Assembly (NCBI GenBank): GCA_965222235.1
Contig: OZ244939.1
Coordinates: 94,041 to 158,040, forward strand
Origin: Minisyncoccota bacterium
GTDB taxonomy: Bacteria; Patescibacteriota; Minisyncoccia; Phycocordibacterales; JABAAK01
Reading direction: 5' to 3'
DNA: 64,000 nt
Below, piece after piece: positions 20,265 through 30,306 of this stretch. Each line of letters begins with the position of its first letter. Positions within the stretch are counted from its first letter, which is position 1. The notes under the pieces were generated by a model, which worked only from the letters and a program-made list of their open reading frames with translations, ran no database searches and was not told where the DNA came from. A program made the position numbers and the translations under genes.

Positions 20265-20413
20265 ATACTGCAAATAGTTGCGATTTGTCAATTATCTCTT
20301 TGGAAAACAATAACATCAAACCTATTATTGAATACAAAAAGTAAGAAGGACTCCCAACGCACAAACACGTTTCGGACCCCCTCTCATATTGATACACCAT
20401 CTTTACCTTCCGG

Positions 20414-20504
20414 CGGAGGGGGAGGGATTCGAACCCTCGATACGGGTATGAAACCGTATACCAGTTTTCGAAACCGGCGCTTTCAACCACTCAGCCACCC
20501 CTCC
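20414..20504 (-). tRNA. tRNA-Ser (CGA)
   Basis: GGAGGGG/CCCCTCC acceptor stem, TTCGAAA anticodon loop, long variable arm. Confidence 0.96.
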
Positions 20505-20528
20505 TGTATCCCCTACAGTACCACACAG

Positions 20529-22280
20529 TTACCGGTCCGGCGGTATCGCATAGTATGAGATGAGGAATTTTGTCAGAGCACTGAACGGGCGAGCGAGCGT
20601 ATCCGAGGCAAACTGCGCCTGCGGATCAACGGCATACAGGAAGATAATATACTCCGGATTCCGGGCCGGGAAATATCCGACGAATGAATGAAGGAACTTC
20701 CCTTCCGCATATTTACCGGTCTTCGGATCCACTAGCTGTGCCGTTCCCGTCTTCGCGGCAATGCTGTATCTGGTATTGCGCAGTGAGCCGCCGAGCACGC
20801 CGCGGTCATATGCCCGAATGAGATATTCAGTCACCTGATCCACAGTTGACTCCTTGAATACCCGCTTCCGCTCCCTGATATTCGCGGTGTCAGTGTTTGT
20901 CGGCGCAGTGATGATACCGCCGACATGCGACTGCTGAATATCAGAGACCACATACGGCTGGATAATGAGACCGCCGTTCGCTAACGAGGCAAAGGCCCTG
21001 ATCGCCGCTATCGGTGTCACAGCGATGCCGTGACCGTATGACGCGGTCGCAAATTCTATCGTTCTGCTGCTGTTCAGGTTGCTGACAAGTCCCGGGACTT
21101 CCTTGGGCAGGTCAATACGGGTCACATCATTGAACCGGAAACGCTGGATATAGTCCTTGTAGATGCCGACCGTTGTTTTTTCCAGCAGGAAAACGGCGCC
21201 GGTGTTCAGCGACTGGGAGATAATGGTCTGGATAGGCGTGTTCGGTCCGCGTCCCCGCTTATCGTAGTTTGAAATTTTCCGACCGTCGATAACGACACTG
21301 CCGGTATCGTTATACGTGTCTTCCGGTGAAACCCGTCCGGAATCCAACGCTATCGCCAGTGTCAATGCCTTGAACACGGATCCCATTTCATACACATCCT
21401 CAATATTCGGATTATTGAACAGCGAATAGTCGCTGACCGTGTTAAAGGTGTTCGGATTGAACGTCGGCACGGCGCCCATGGCGACCACCATCCCGTTATA
21501 TGGATTCATGATAATACCGCCCACCTTTTTCGCCTCCCATCTTTTCTGTATATCCTTCAGCTGCACTTCAAGCTCCCGCTGCGCGTTAATGTCAATGCTC
21601 AAAAAGACACTGCCGCCTCCGGAAGACTTTGTTCGCGGTACTTCATTGAGCTGCTCTTTCAGCACCGTACCCGTACTCTTCACCGTCTTATTGGAAACAC
21701 TGAGTACATCGTCAAAAATATTTTCAATACCGTACTGCCCTCTCGTCGCATCATTACTGTCAACCGATACGAAGCCGACCACGTGCGCGCCGAGTGAGCC
21801 GTGGATATATTCCCGTTTCTTGAAAGATTCAAGCCACACCCCCGTTAAACCGTAGTTTGTGATTCTCTTCTGAATGCCGTCCCGGACCGACTTTGACAGA
21901 TCTTTTGTGATAACTTCATACTCGTCGTTATTCGGCTTCCGCGCCCGCGCCAGAAAATCCTCGCGATCAATGTCTATTTCCTCGTTCAGGTGTTCATATA
22001 TTTCCTCAAGATCGTCCTGACGCAGCTCAAGCGGTGATATATTCAGATTGTATCCGAAGTGGGTTGACGCGACGAGATGCGGTGCCCCCTCCTTGTCGGT
22101 AAAGAAAATGTGGCCCCGGTCGCCGACGCTTCTGAACGGCAGATGCGCACCGACCACTCCTTTTATGCTTTTATTGAACTGATTATCATAGAGCAGGTAT
22201 ATGGTGAGCAAAGCGATGATGAGTATGCAGTAGAGCGGAACATATGCACTTTCCAGCACCTTGTTATATATACGATTCAT
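20529..22280 (-). CDS. ftsI: Class B penicillin-binding protein FtsI
   Basis: YEMGSVFK (SxxK), SLN, KTGTAQ; downstream of mraZ-rsmH. Confidence 0.9.
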   Translation of the reverse strand: MNRIYNKVLESAYVPLYCILIIALLTIYLLYDNQFNKSIKGVVGAHLPFRSVGDRGHIFFTDKEGAPHLVASTHFGYNLNISPLELRQDDLEEIYEHLNEEIDIDREDFLARARKPNNDEYEVITKDLSKSVRDGIQKRITNYGLTGVWLESFKKREYIHGSLGAHVVGFVSVDSNDATRGQYGIENIFDDVLSVSNKTVKSTGTVLKEQLNEVPRTKSSGGGSVFLSIDINAQRELEVQLKDIQKRWEAKKVGGIIMNPYNGMVVAMGAVPTFNPNTFNTVSDYSLFNNPNIEDVYEMGSVFKALTLAIALDSGRVSPEDTYNDTGSVVIDGRKISNYDKRGRGPNTPIQTIISQSLNTGAVFLLEKTTVGIYKDYIQRFRFNDVTRIDLPKEVPGLVSNLNSSRTIEFATASYGHGIAVTPIAAIRAFASLANGGLIIQPYVVSDIQQSHVGGIITAPTNTDTANIRERKRVFKESTVDQVTEYLIRAYDRGVLGGSLRNTRYSIAAKTGTAQLVDPKTGKYAEGKFLHSFVGYFPARNPEYIIFLYAVDPQAQFASDTLARPFSALTKFLISYYAIPPDR

Positions 22281-22313
22281 ACATGTGGGTAGTGTCAGTA
22301 TACGGCATGACAG

Positions 22314-22580
22314 CTACTGCGAAACGGAAACGGTAACCGGTTCGGCTATGACGAGGTGTGTTGCCGTGAGGTCCGTATCTCTCCACATGGTAACGCTGTG
22401 CCCCGATGCGGCCATAATCTCAATTTGCAGCGTCTGTATATCTTTTTCAATATCCCAGGCGATCGTGTTGTTGTGCGTTGCCATATATACAAAATACATG
22501 TTGGCCGCTATGGCGACGATGCTCAGTGTCGCCAGTGCCGGCACCAGCCGATGTATGTAGATTGTCAAAGTATTCTTCAT
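22314..22580 (-). CDS. Single-TM protein, positional FtsL candidate
   Basis: TM plus short coiled coil between rsmH and ftsI. Confidence 0.55.
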   Translation of the reverse strand: MKNTLTIYIHRLVPALATLSIVAIAANMYFVYMATHNNTIAWDIEKDIQTLQIEIMAASGHSVTMWRDTDLTATHLVIAEPVTVSVSQ

Positions 22581-22581
22581 G

Positions 22582-23475
22582 TTATATATGTGTAAAGGTT
22601 CGTAATACGGCGCTTCGGGACCGGGGATTGGCTGACTGCTCTTCCGAAGAAGCCCGCACCGCCTTTTTTCCGTTCCGGTGTCCGATACCCCCGTTCTCCC
22701 ACGCTCTGAATGTTTGTTTCACTATCCTGTCCTCCAGGCTGTGAAATGAAAGCATCACTGTTCGTGATCCGCGGTGCATGAGTGCCGGTAGCGCACCGAG
22801 AAAATCCCGCAGTGCTTCCAGCTCATCGTTGACGGCAATTCGTATCGCCTGAAATGTTCTGGTTGCCGCATGCACGTTGCGCGGATGCATCTTTCTCGGA
22901 ATCGCCCCCGAAACAATGTCCGCGAGCTGCCGCGATGTTGTGATATATTTTTCCGCACGGGCGGTGACAATGTGATCCGCTATTCTGTCCGCCCATCGCT
23001 CTTCACCGTATTCCCGAATGATATCCGCGATCTTTTCCTTCTCAAAGGTGTTCACTATCTCCGTTGCCGTAAGGGAACATCCGTTTTTCCGTGTGCTGTA
23101 GCACATGATAAGCGGTTCATCGCCCCGGAAAGAAAATCCCCTTCCGCTTTGTATCTGGTGAACGCCCCACCCAAAATCAGCAAGGATTGCATCATACGTT
23201 TGTATACCTAGGTCAGATGATATGTCTGCAATATGCCTGAAATTACCTTCAACAACATGAGCGGTGACGTGTTCCGGCACTATGAGGCGGGCTTTTGCTC
23301 CGCCGAGTGCCGTGCTGTCGGCATCTATACCGACAAATGTTCCGCGTTTCAGTTCGTTGAGCATGCACTGCGCATGTCCGGCGGTACCGATCGTTGCATC
23401 AAGAACCGTGTCGCCCGGTGCGATACTGAGTGCCGCTATCGTTTCCCGAAGCAGTACTGGCGTATGTGTCTCCAT
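22582..23475 (-). CDS. rsmH: 16S rRNA m4C1402 methyltransferase
   Basis: HTPVLL, DATIG, RGFSF, TFQAIRIAVNDEL, SFHSLEDR, NPRSRSA. Confidence 0.96.
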   Translation of the reverse strand: METHTPVLLRETIAALSIAPGDTVLDATIGTAGHAQCMLNELKRGTFVGIDADSTALGGAKARLIVPEHVTAHVVEGNFRHIADISSDLGIQTYDAILADFGWGVHQIQSGRGFSFRGDEPLIMCYSTRKNGCSLTATEIVNTFEKEKIADIIREYGEERWADRIADHIVTARAEKYITTSRQLADIVSGAIPRKMHPRNVHAATRTFQAIRIAVNDELEALRDFLGALPALMHRGSRTVMLSFHSLEDRIVKQTFRAWENGGIGHRNGKKAVRASSEEQSANPRSRSAVLRTFTHI

Positions 23476-23480
23476 ACCCG

Positions 23481-23927
23481 CTACTGCTCGTCGCTGAGCC
23501 GCTGAAACTCCTCGCTTTCCGCAAGTTTTCTCACTTCATCCATGTCCGGCATACCGTCGGATACCCATCGCTTGGAGCTCCAAATCTGAAACCCTTCGTC
23601 CGTGCCGATGAATACGACGGTGTCGCCGAGTTCGGCGAATGACGCCAGGTGATCCGGTATGACAATTCTTCCTGAGGAATCAAGATCAACCTGATCACCC
23701 ACTGTGAGAAACCGGGAAATCTTCCGGTGTTTTTCATTAATTGACAGCCGCCTGTTCAGCTGCTGCGCTTTTGTTTTTCCGCCTTCCCACAGTTTCGCCG
23801 AATATACACTGAGACAACCGTCAAGGTGTCTCGTTATAACCACAGCCCCGCCAATCTCCTGCCGATACCGGGTTGGGATGGAGATCCTTCGCTTTGTATC
23901 CATTGTTAAATGTATTTCCGAGAGCAT
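23481..23927 (-). CDS. mraZ: dcw regulator MraZ
   Basis: MDTKRRISIP and LDSSGRIVIP repeats; first gene of the cluster. Confidence 0.92.
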   Translation of the reverse strand: MLSEIHLTMDTKRRISIPTRYRQEIGGAVVITRHLDGCLSVYSAKLWEGGKTKAQQLNRRLSINEKHRKISRFLTVGDQVDLDSSGRIVIPDHLASFAELGDTVVFIGTDEGFQIWSSKRWVSDGMPDMDEVRKLAESEEFQRLSDEQ

Positions 23928-23942
23928 AGGGTATGGTCTTAT

Positions 23943-24010
23943 TCCCCACCACAATTCTACTGTATCCCACTTCATTCCACTGTATTCCACAAAACCCCAC
24001 AGTTTTCCAC
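23943..24010 (-). promoter_or_regulatory. MraZ-binding array: seven GTGG-like boxes at ~10-bp period
   Basis: Plus strand CCCCAC, TTCTAC, TCCCAC, TTCCAC, TTCCAC, CCCCAC, TTCCAC directly upstream of mraZ. Confidence 0.8.
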
Positions 24011-24141
24011 ATTTGAGTATTTATATTCCCAAAAACCCTTATTTACCAAGCTTTTTTGTTGACTCTTTTTTCTGCCCTATGTGGAAAAACACCGAGATCC
24101 GCTATTGACAACAGTACTACGGATGCTACACTTAACAAACA

Positions 24142-24594
24142 GTGAGCGAAGAAACTTTTATCACCACCAAAGAAAAACAGGAGTTTGAGCGGGAGCTTGA
24201 ACATCTGAAAAAGGTGGAGCGGGTTAAGATTCTTGAGCAGTTAAAAGTTGCCCGTTCGTACGGTGATCTGCGGGAAAACAGCGAGTATGACGCAGCACGA
24301 AAAAAACAGGCGGCGGTTGAAGGCCGCATCGGTGAGATTGAAAATATATTAAAGTCCACGCGGGTGGTCAACGAAGATCACGAGATAGAAACGGTGACGA
24401 TCGGCAATACCGTTGATGTTGAAATATCCGGTCAGGGAAAGAAAATATTTGATATAGGCACTAAGGGAAAAAATATTGCGATTTCCCCCCACTCTCCCAT
24501 AGCCAAGGGGCTGCTCGGCAAGCGGGTCGGTGAAATTGTCACCCTTACCATACCGAAGGGACCGGTGACGATGAAAATTGCCGATATCAGCTGA
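24142..24594 (+). CDS. greA: Transcription elongation factor GreA
   Basis: ARSYGDLRENSEYDAA, ISPHSPIAKGLLG; TTGACA/GATGCT-like promoter just upstream. Confidence 0.96.
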   Translation: MSEETFITTKEKQEFERELEHLKKVERVKILEQLKVARSYGDLRENSEYDAARKKQAAVEGRIGEIENILKSTRVVNEDHEIETVTIGNTVDVEISGQGKKIFDIGTKGKNIAISPHSPIAKGLLGKRVGEIVTLTIPKGPVTMKIADIS

Positions 24595-26250
24595 TTACTG
24601 CTGCATATATGACGGCGCATACAGCCGCATGCTGTCGAAAAATAGTTTGGCCGCGCTGATTGCGCCGCCCCCCCGTTTTCCGTATTCCATGACAATGGCG
24701 AATGTATACTGCGGATTTTCATACGGGAAAAAACCGATGAGAAGCGAATGGACAAAACCGCCCCTGCCCACCTGCGCGGTACCGGTTTTCACCGCAAGGT
24801 TATACGCATCGTTCGCAAGCTCCTTCGCCGTTCCCTCGGTAATTGTTTTCCGCATGCCGCGACGTACGATACTCAGCGTTTCCTCGGAAATGGCGAGCGA
24901 AATCTTCTCCCCTTCCTCATGCGCGATGAGATGGGGTTCAACCAGATAGCCCCCGTTCACTAACGCGGCCGATGCGCGCGCCATCTGCAGCGGCGTTACC
25001 TGAAACGCATACTGGCCGATAACGGTGTTGTATGTGTCTCCCACACGCCAATCTTCGTCATAGACACTTTCTTTCCACTCCCGGCTCGGCACCAGCCCCG
25101 CCGGCTCGTGGAATATACCGAGCCGCGTCGGCGCACCGTATCCGAAGATGCTCGCGTAAGTTTTCAGGCGGTCAATGCCGAGGCCTGCCTGCCGCTCATA
25201 CCCGCCGCCGACATGATAGAAATACACATTTGATGAATGTGCCAGTGCGCCGTATATATCCAGCGGTCCGTGCACCTTCCAATCTTTGTAGGTGTAGACG
25301 ATGGACGAATCATACGGGTTCTGTACGGTGATATATCCGTTGCTGACAATAATAGTGTGCGGAGAAACAACATTCTCCTCCAGTGCAGCGACGGCAAAAA
25401 ATGGTTTTATGGTTGATCCCGGGCTGTACAGGCCCGATACGGCTCTGCTGACAAATATGCCGTTCTCCCCACCTTCTCCGGCGCTTTCAGGGGTGTTTGT
25501 CAGCAGATTGTTGTCAAACTCGGGGTATGAGGTAAGTGCTATGATCTCTCCGGTGTTGCTGTTCAGCAGCACGCCGGAACCCGCCCGGAATCCGACCTGA
25601 TTCACTGTCTTTTTGATTGATTGGTACAAAAATTTTTGCACATCGGCATCAATGGACGTAACGATATCCTCACCGTCGGATGCTTCCTCAATAAATCGTT
25701 CAGAAACGGTCTCCCCCTTTGCGTCCTTTTCAAGAATGAACGACCCGTTTTTTCCCGAAAGCTCCAGATCATACATTTCTTCAAGCCCCCCTTCCCCTTC
25801 GGTTTTCTGCCGGTAATAGTTATCGGAACTGTCCTTCTTCGGATACCGCACAAAGCCGAGCAGTGTACTGAATCCCGGCGCCAGATAGTTTCGCGCCGGT
25901 ATATCATTGATAATGTCGCCGGTATTCCATGCGAGTGCCGTGCCGTTTCTGTCATGAATGTCACCACGGACCGCCAGCACCGGCACCCGTATGAATGTAT
26001 TATTCTCGCTGATATACCGATAGGTATCCCCCGCGGCTATCTGCAGCATCCCGACACGGAAAATGGTGTATATGACGGCGAGCATAAGAATGGCCGCAAG
26101 CAGATATATGTGGCGTCTGGTGACCGCATACCGCAGTCGTCCTTCACCGTGGCTGACAAGGAAATTTTTCGCACCGCTGTCCGTAAATGTTTCATGCAGG
26201 TTTAATCTCAGCCTGGGCTGTCTTTTTTTTCTGAATAGGTGTCTGATCAT
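24595..26250 (-). CDS. mrdA: Penicillin-binding protein 2
   Basis: SPGSTIK, SSNVYFY, KTGTAQ; after mreB-mreC. Confidence 0.9.
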   Translation of the reverse strand: MIRHLFRKKRQPRLRLNLHETFTDSGAKNFLVSHGEGRLRYAVTRRHIYLLAAILMLAVIYTIFRVGMLQIAAGDTYRYISENNTFIRVPVLAVRGDIHDRNGTALAWNTGDIINDIPARNYLAPGFSTLLGFVRYPKKDSSDNYYRQKTEGEGGLEEMYDLELSGKNGSFILEKDAKGETVSERFIEEASDGEDIVTSIDADVQKFLYQSIKKTVNQVGFRAGSGVLLNSNTGEIIALTSYPEFDNNLLTNTPESAGEGGENGIFVSRAVSGLYSPGSTIKPFFAVAALEENVVSPHTIIVSNGYITVQNPYDSSIVYTYKDWKVHGPLDIYGALAHSSNVYFYHVGGGYERQAGLGIDRLKTYASIFGYGAPTRLGIFHEPAGLVPSREWKESVYDEDWRVGDTYNTVIGQYAFQVTPLQMARASAALVNGGYLVEPHLIAHEEGEKISLAISEETLSIVRRGMRKTITEGTAKELANDAYNLAVKTGTAQVGRGGFVHSLLIGFFPYENPQYTFAIVMEYGKRGGGAISAAKLFFDSMRLYAPSYMQQ

Positions 26251-26510
26251 ATTCTGCTGATATGTTTGAGAAATGCATAAAAGAGCAGTCCCGGTATCGT
26301 ATAGAATGTCAGCGATGTCCATATAGACGCTCCTGAAGGCAGAAATAATGAATCAACGAGCACGGAAAACACAATCGCGGCCACGTGCGCGCCGCAGGCG
26401 ACCGCAATCAAAGGAAAGGCCGCCAGCCCGGCAAACGGCAAAAGCGGCGCGAGCACCATACCGCTCACCAGGACACCGTATCCGATAGTTTTCTTTCGCA
26501 TGTCATTCAT
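26247..26510 (-). CDS. Small multi-TM protein, positional MreD candidate
   Basis: Hydrophobic ORF between mreC and mrdA, overlapping the mrdA start. Confidence 0.55.
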   Translation of the reverse strand: MNDMRKKTIGYGVLVSGMVLAPLLPFAGLAAFPLIAVACGAHVAAIVFSVLVDSLFLPSGASIWTSLTFYTIPGLLFYAFLKHISRI

Positions 26511-26513
26511 ATA

Positions 26514-27221
26514 TTATTCCGTTTCTTTATCTTCATACTTCCGCCTGATCTCCTCCTCCTGTTCCCTGATCGCCTGTTCCTTTTTAGACTCGTCCACGCT
26601 TATACCTCCGTCGTGCCGCAGATACAGCACGGACATACCGGCGGGATTCTCGGCAATGACGCTGCCGATTCGCTGTATGTTTCTCTCCGAGATTTCATCA
26701 ACGGTGATGACGGAACCCGCAACCGCTCCCGTTGTCTGATGGATAATGGATTTTCCGTACCGTATGCTCCGGTCTATCGGTGTAATGAGATGAAAACCGC
26801 CGCCGCCGACTCCCTTTCCCTCCGCCACATGTCCGTCCACCGAGAAGATTTCCTTGCTGAGAGCGGAACTGAACAGCACAACGGTATAGAGCGAACCGCG
26901 CTGTTTATCAATGTATCCGACCGGCATTCCTTTTTCAGTGTAGACATACGGGGATCCGGTATACGGTCTGCCGGTTCTCTCGGTCACCAGCACGCTGTCA
27001 TACGGCGTCTGCGGCGGGCGGGCGATGACATACAGCGGAACTGTGCCCGGCTCATCCGCCGCCGCAGGCTGAATCTCCGGATGTGACGGATACCGATATA
27101 TAGCTGAAAACAACGCGCTTGATACCGTAACATACAGGGACGGAAACAGCAGGTAGCTGACCAGTACGCCGCTTATAAGAAGGTAGGATATATAAATGCC
27201 CGCCATTTGTTCTTTTCGCAT
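26514..27221 (-). CDS. mreC: Rod-shape protein MreC (divergent)
   Basis: TM, VIARPPQTPYD, AEGKGVGGGGF; follows mreB. Confidence 0.75.
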   Translation of the reverse strand: MRKEQMAGIYISYLLISGVLVSYLLFPSLYVTVSSALFSAIYRYPSHPEIQPAAADEPGTVPLYVIARPPQTPYDSVLVTERTGRPYTGSPYVYTEKGMPVGYIDKQRGSLYTVVLFSSALSKEIFSVDGHVAEGKGVGGGGFHLITPIDRSIRYGKSIIHQTTGAVAGSVITVDEISERNIQRIGSVIAENPAGMSVLYLRHDGGISVDESKKEQAIREQEEEIRRKYEDKETE

Positions 27222-27239
27222 GTATACATACTACTACAC

Positions 27240-28379
27240 CTATAAGAAATATTTTTCATACCGGGATGAGTGTCGCGCTATCATCACCGTGCCCCGCGCA
27301 ACCACGGTTGTCGGACCGTCCGGTATAACAATGTTAAGATTGAGAGAATCTTTTATCCGATCTGAAAAACTGTGAATGAGCGGTCCGCCGCCCACAAACA
27401 AAATCCCGTTATTCTGCAGATCAGCGAGCACTTCGGGCGAGGCGTGTTTCGTAAATGCGTTAATGTGCGTCACTATCTCTTCAACGCACGGAGTGATGAA
27501 GTGAAGCACCTCGTCAAAGGTTACATCAATTTCCATCGGCAGATCATTGGACACGTTTCTTCCCTGTACCCTGAACATTTTTCTCTCAATTGCCGACTGC
27601 ATAATAGCCACCTTTAAATCTTCCGCCGTCCGTATACCGACGGCCATCTGCCGCTTCTCCCTGAGCCCGTTCATAATAGCACGGTCAAATGCATTTCCGG
27701 CGACGCGAATGCTGTCGGAGGCGATGATCTCTCCGCCCACCAAAATCATAGCATCGCTGGTGCCGCCGCCGACGTCAACAACCATGCTTGATGTTTCCTC
27801 CTTCAACGACAGGCCCAGTCCGACCGCAGCGGCCAACGGCTCATAGACAATATGAATTCGCCGGGCACCGGCATCAATTGCGGCATCCCTGACGGCGTTG
27901 ATTTCCGTCTGCGTCGTGCAGCACGGAACGCCCACGACGACCTCGGGGCCGAGAATTTTCGGGGACATATCCTGCACACTGCGGAATATATATTCAAATA
28001 ACTGTTCGGTCACCTCATAGTCATACACAACACCCTTCTGTACCGGCTGTACCACTTCTATATGCTCCGGCGTGCGCCCTATCATCACCCGGGCCCGTTT
28101 GCCGACCGCAATGACCTGTTCTGTTTTTTTGTTCACCGCAACCAGCGTCGGCTCCGACAGCACAATCCCCTTGTCCTCAAGATACACGACGGTGGTGGCT
28201 GTTCCCAGATCAACACCGACACGATTTGAGAAGAAATCAATCAACGAAGAGTTTTTTTCCGAACGGACCGGCTCTTCAGCCGCCCTGTCACCGTCTTTCT
28301 TCCGAAAGAACGCGCCCATCTTCGGCAGCACCTTTCTGATCCCGGTCATTGCAGTGCTGGTTGTCTCTTTCTTCTCCAT
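27240..28379 (-). CDS. mreB: Rod-shape actin MreB
   Basis: GVDLGT, EPTLVA, MIGRTP, EPLAAAVG, VDVGGGT. Confidence 0.92.
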   Translation of the reverse strand: MEKKETTSTAMTGIRKVLPKMGAFFRKKDGDRAAEEPVRSEKNSSLIDFFSNRVGVDLGTATTVVYLEDKGIVLSEPTLVAVNKKTEQVIAVGKRARVMIGRTPEHIEVVQPVQKGVVYDYEVTEQLFEYIFRSVQDMSPKILGPEVVVGVPCCTTQTEINAVRDAAIDAGARRIHIVYEPLAAAVGLGLSLKEETSSMVVDVGGGTSDAMILVGGEIIASDSIRVAGNAFDRAIMNGLREKRQMAVGIRTAEDLKVAIMQSAIERKMFRVQGRNVSNDLPMEIDVTFDEVLHFITPCVEEIVTHINAFTKHASPEVLADLQNNGILFVGGGPLIHSFSDRIKDSLNLNIVIPDGPTTVVARGTVMIARHSSRYEKYFL

Positions 28380-28381
28380 AG

Positions 28382-28933
28382 CTATGCCTGTATGCCGGCC
28401 ATTTTGCTTTTACACATATCATCTATCTCCGCATTTGCTCCGTCAACTTCCTCCTGTATCTGTTTCTTCAGCATAAATTCTTCATCCTCCGATATGCTGT
28501 CTCCCGTTTTTCTTTTCCGTATGTCGCCGATCAGTTTTTCCCGTACCCCGCGAATTGATTTCTTCGCTTCCTCAGCCCGCTCTTTCACGACTCTGGCGAG
28601 CATATCCCTGCGCTCAGCGGTCAACTCATGCGCCGTTATTCTGATACCCGTATCATTGACTGACACTGTTGCGGACGGCACCTGCTCCCGCAGCGCCGTT
28701 TCCATTTCCTGCGTCAATGTCTGATCATACGGAACAACCAGCAGCACTCTCGGTTCTTCTGAGGTGACGGAGGCGGCGTAATGCAAAGCCGTCTTCGCGC
28801 CGTACGCAGATATCGTCACGCCGTTCAGCAATGACGGCAACATGGCGCCGGACTGTATACCGGCAAACTCCTCACTCAGCCAGCCCGTTATCTCCCTTTT
28901 TCTCTCTAAAAATAGTCTTCGGTCATCGCTCAT
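28382..28933 (-). CDS. frr: Ribosome recycling factor
   Basis: AYG, LTAERR, AKKSIRGVR, ISEDE. Confidence 0.88.
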   Translation of the reverse strand: MSDDRRLFLERKREITGWLSEEFAGIQSGAMLPSLLNGVTISAYGAKTALHYAASVTSEEPRVLLVVPYDQTLTQEMETALREQVPSATVSVNDTGIRITAHELTAERRDMLARVVKERAEEAKKSIRGVREKLIGDIRKRKTGDSISEDEEFMLKKQIQEEVDGANAEIDDMCKSKMAGIQA

Positions 28934-28983
28934 AGGTATATAGTAGCACAGGGCCGTTTTCAAGCAAAAGATGCCCGCGGGAA

Positions 28984-29622
28984 TCAGATAAATGCGAATA
29001 TCTGAAGTGTTCCTTTGTGCAGCGCACCGTGGTCAACGGCATCGCGCAGGTGCTCAACCGCCCTGCGGCACCGATCAACCGTATCGGCATCACCCGATGT
29101 CCTGATGGCGGTATGAAGATATATTTCGGCATCCCGGAGCAGTGCGAGAATTGCGGTGTGGCGAACACCTTCCCCCCGATCCCACAGTGTGTCAATCATG
29201 GCAAGCCGCTTTTTCGGCGCAGCACCGATGAACTCGGTGAAGTGCTCTGAAAGCGCGTTTCCGTCTTCCCCGTTGTTTTCAACAACATAGCAACGGGAGA
29301 GGAGTGTTTCCAGAACGGCGGTACCGGGCGGAAAGACGATAAAAAAGTATACTCCCTGCTGCATTTCTTCAAGTATTTTAAGCAGCGCATTCTGTGCCTG
29401 CACCGATGCACCGGTCGCCTCAAGAATTACCCGGCGCATCGGCGCATCTGTTGAATGGTGTGCGTACTCATGGAGCCAGCGCACATCCTCAACGCTGAGA
29501 TGTTTCCCGATTCGTATGACATATCGTTCCTCATGCACATTCGTCTCCACATGTTCGGGAACCGTGCCGAATATGATATATGCATGGTGCTGCGGACGCT
29601 CGCAGATGTCTTCAAAATTCAT
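28984..29622 (-). CDS. DNA polymerase III delta-prime-like subunit
   Basis: HHAYII, AQNALLKILEE, LETLLSRC. Confidence 0.8.
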   Translation of the reverse strand: MNFEDICERPQHHAYIIFGTVPEHVETNVHEERYVIRIGKHLSVEDVRWLHEYAHHSTDAPMRRVILEATGASVQAQNALLKILEEMQQGVYFFIVFPPGTAVLETLLSRCYVVENNGEDGNALSEHFTEFIGAAPKKRLAMIDTLWDRGEGVRHTAILALLRDAEIYLHTAIRTSGDADTVDRCRRAVEHLRDAVDHGALHKGTLQIFAFI

Positions 29623-29655
29623 GTAGGTATAGTAACATCCGGGGTGTGCCGTACG

Positions 29656-30288
29656 CTATTCCTCCCCCCCGCACCGGTTGAGGACAAACGAAACGGTGTC
29701 CAACAGATGCCCTATATCCTCAGTCTCATCCAAGGATGTGCCGTAACGCAGCTTCAGCACACTGCTGACGGCATCGCGCGCGGTTTTCATCTCCTCCTGT
29801 TTTTCCTGCTCTGTCGCTCCGGTTCTGTTCAGGTGCCGCTCCAGCGTTTCTTCAACCAATTCGGTGTACAGAGCAGCGATGGTCGGCTGCTCGGCGCGCG
29901 CGGGCAGTGCACAACCGGAGAGATGCGCGAGCACTTCGGGAGATATAGAGCCGGTGCACCGCATACCGCCGGGAAATGTCCATGTCGGATACCGTTGTAT
30001 GTTCTCATCCCCGCACACCTGTTTCTGACTTTTTCGGTCGGGTTCCGAACATTCAACATACGGAAGGGCATCGTCAACCGGGGAAAATTCGCTCTTCTGC
30101 TGCGCGCACAGCGGACACCAAAAGGCACCGTAGAATACGGCATTGTTCTCCGTCAGACACTGTGCAAGTTCCGAGAGCGCGGCGCGGCGCGGCGCTTCAG
30201 ATCGATCCGCGTACCACAAGCCGGCGACAACCAGTGCCGCTATCACCACAGCCGCCGTGCCGTAGAGTAGACAGATCCTCTGTTCCAT
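29656..30288 (-). CDS. Membrane-anchored thioredoxin-fold protein (VKOR-partner type)
   Basis: TM, FYGAFWCPLCAQQK, YVEC, YPTW. Confidence 0.85.
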   Translation of the reverse strand: MEQRICLLYGTAAVVIAALVVAGLWYADRSEAPRRAALSELAQCLTENNAVFYGAFWCPLCAQQKSEFSPVDDALPYVECSEPDRKSQKQVCGDENIQRYPTWTFPGGMRCTGSISPEVLAHLSGCALPARAEQPTIAALYTELVEETLERHLNRTGATEQEKQEEMKTARDAVSSVLKLRYGTSLDETEDIGHLLDTVSFVLNRCGGEE

Positions 30289-30306
30289 ATACCGCTGAGT
30301 ATACCA

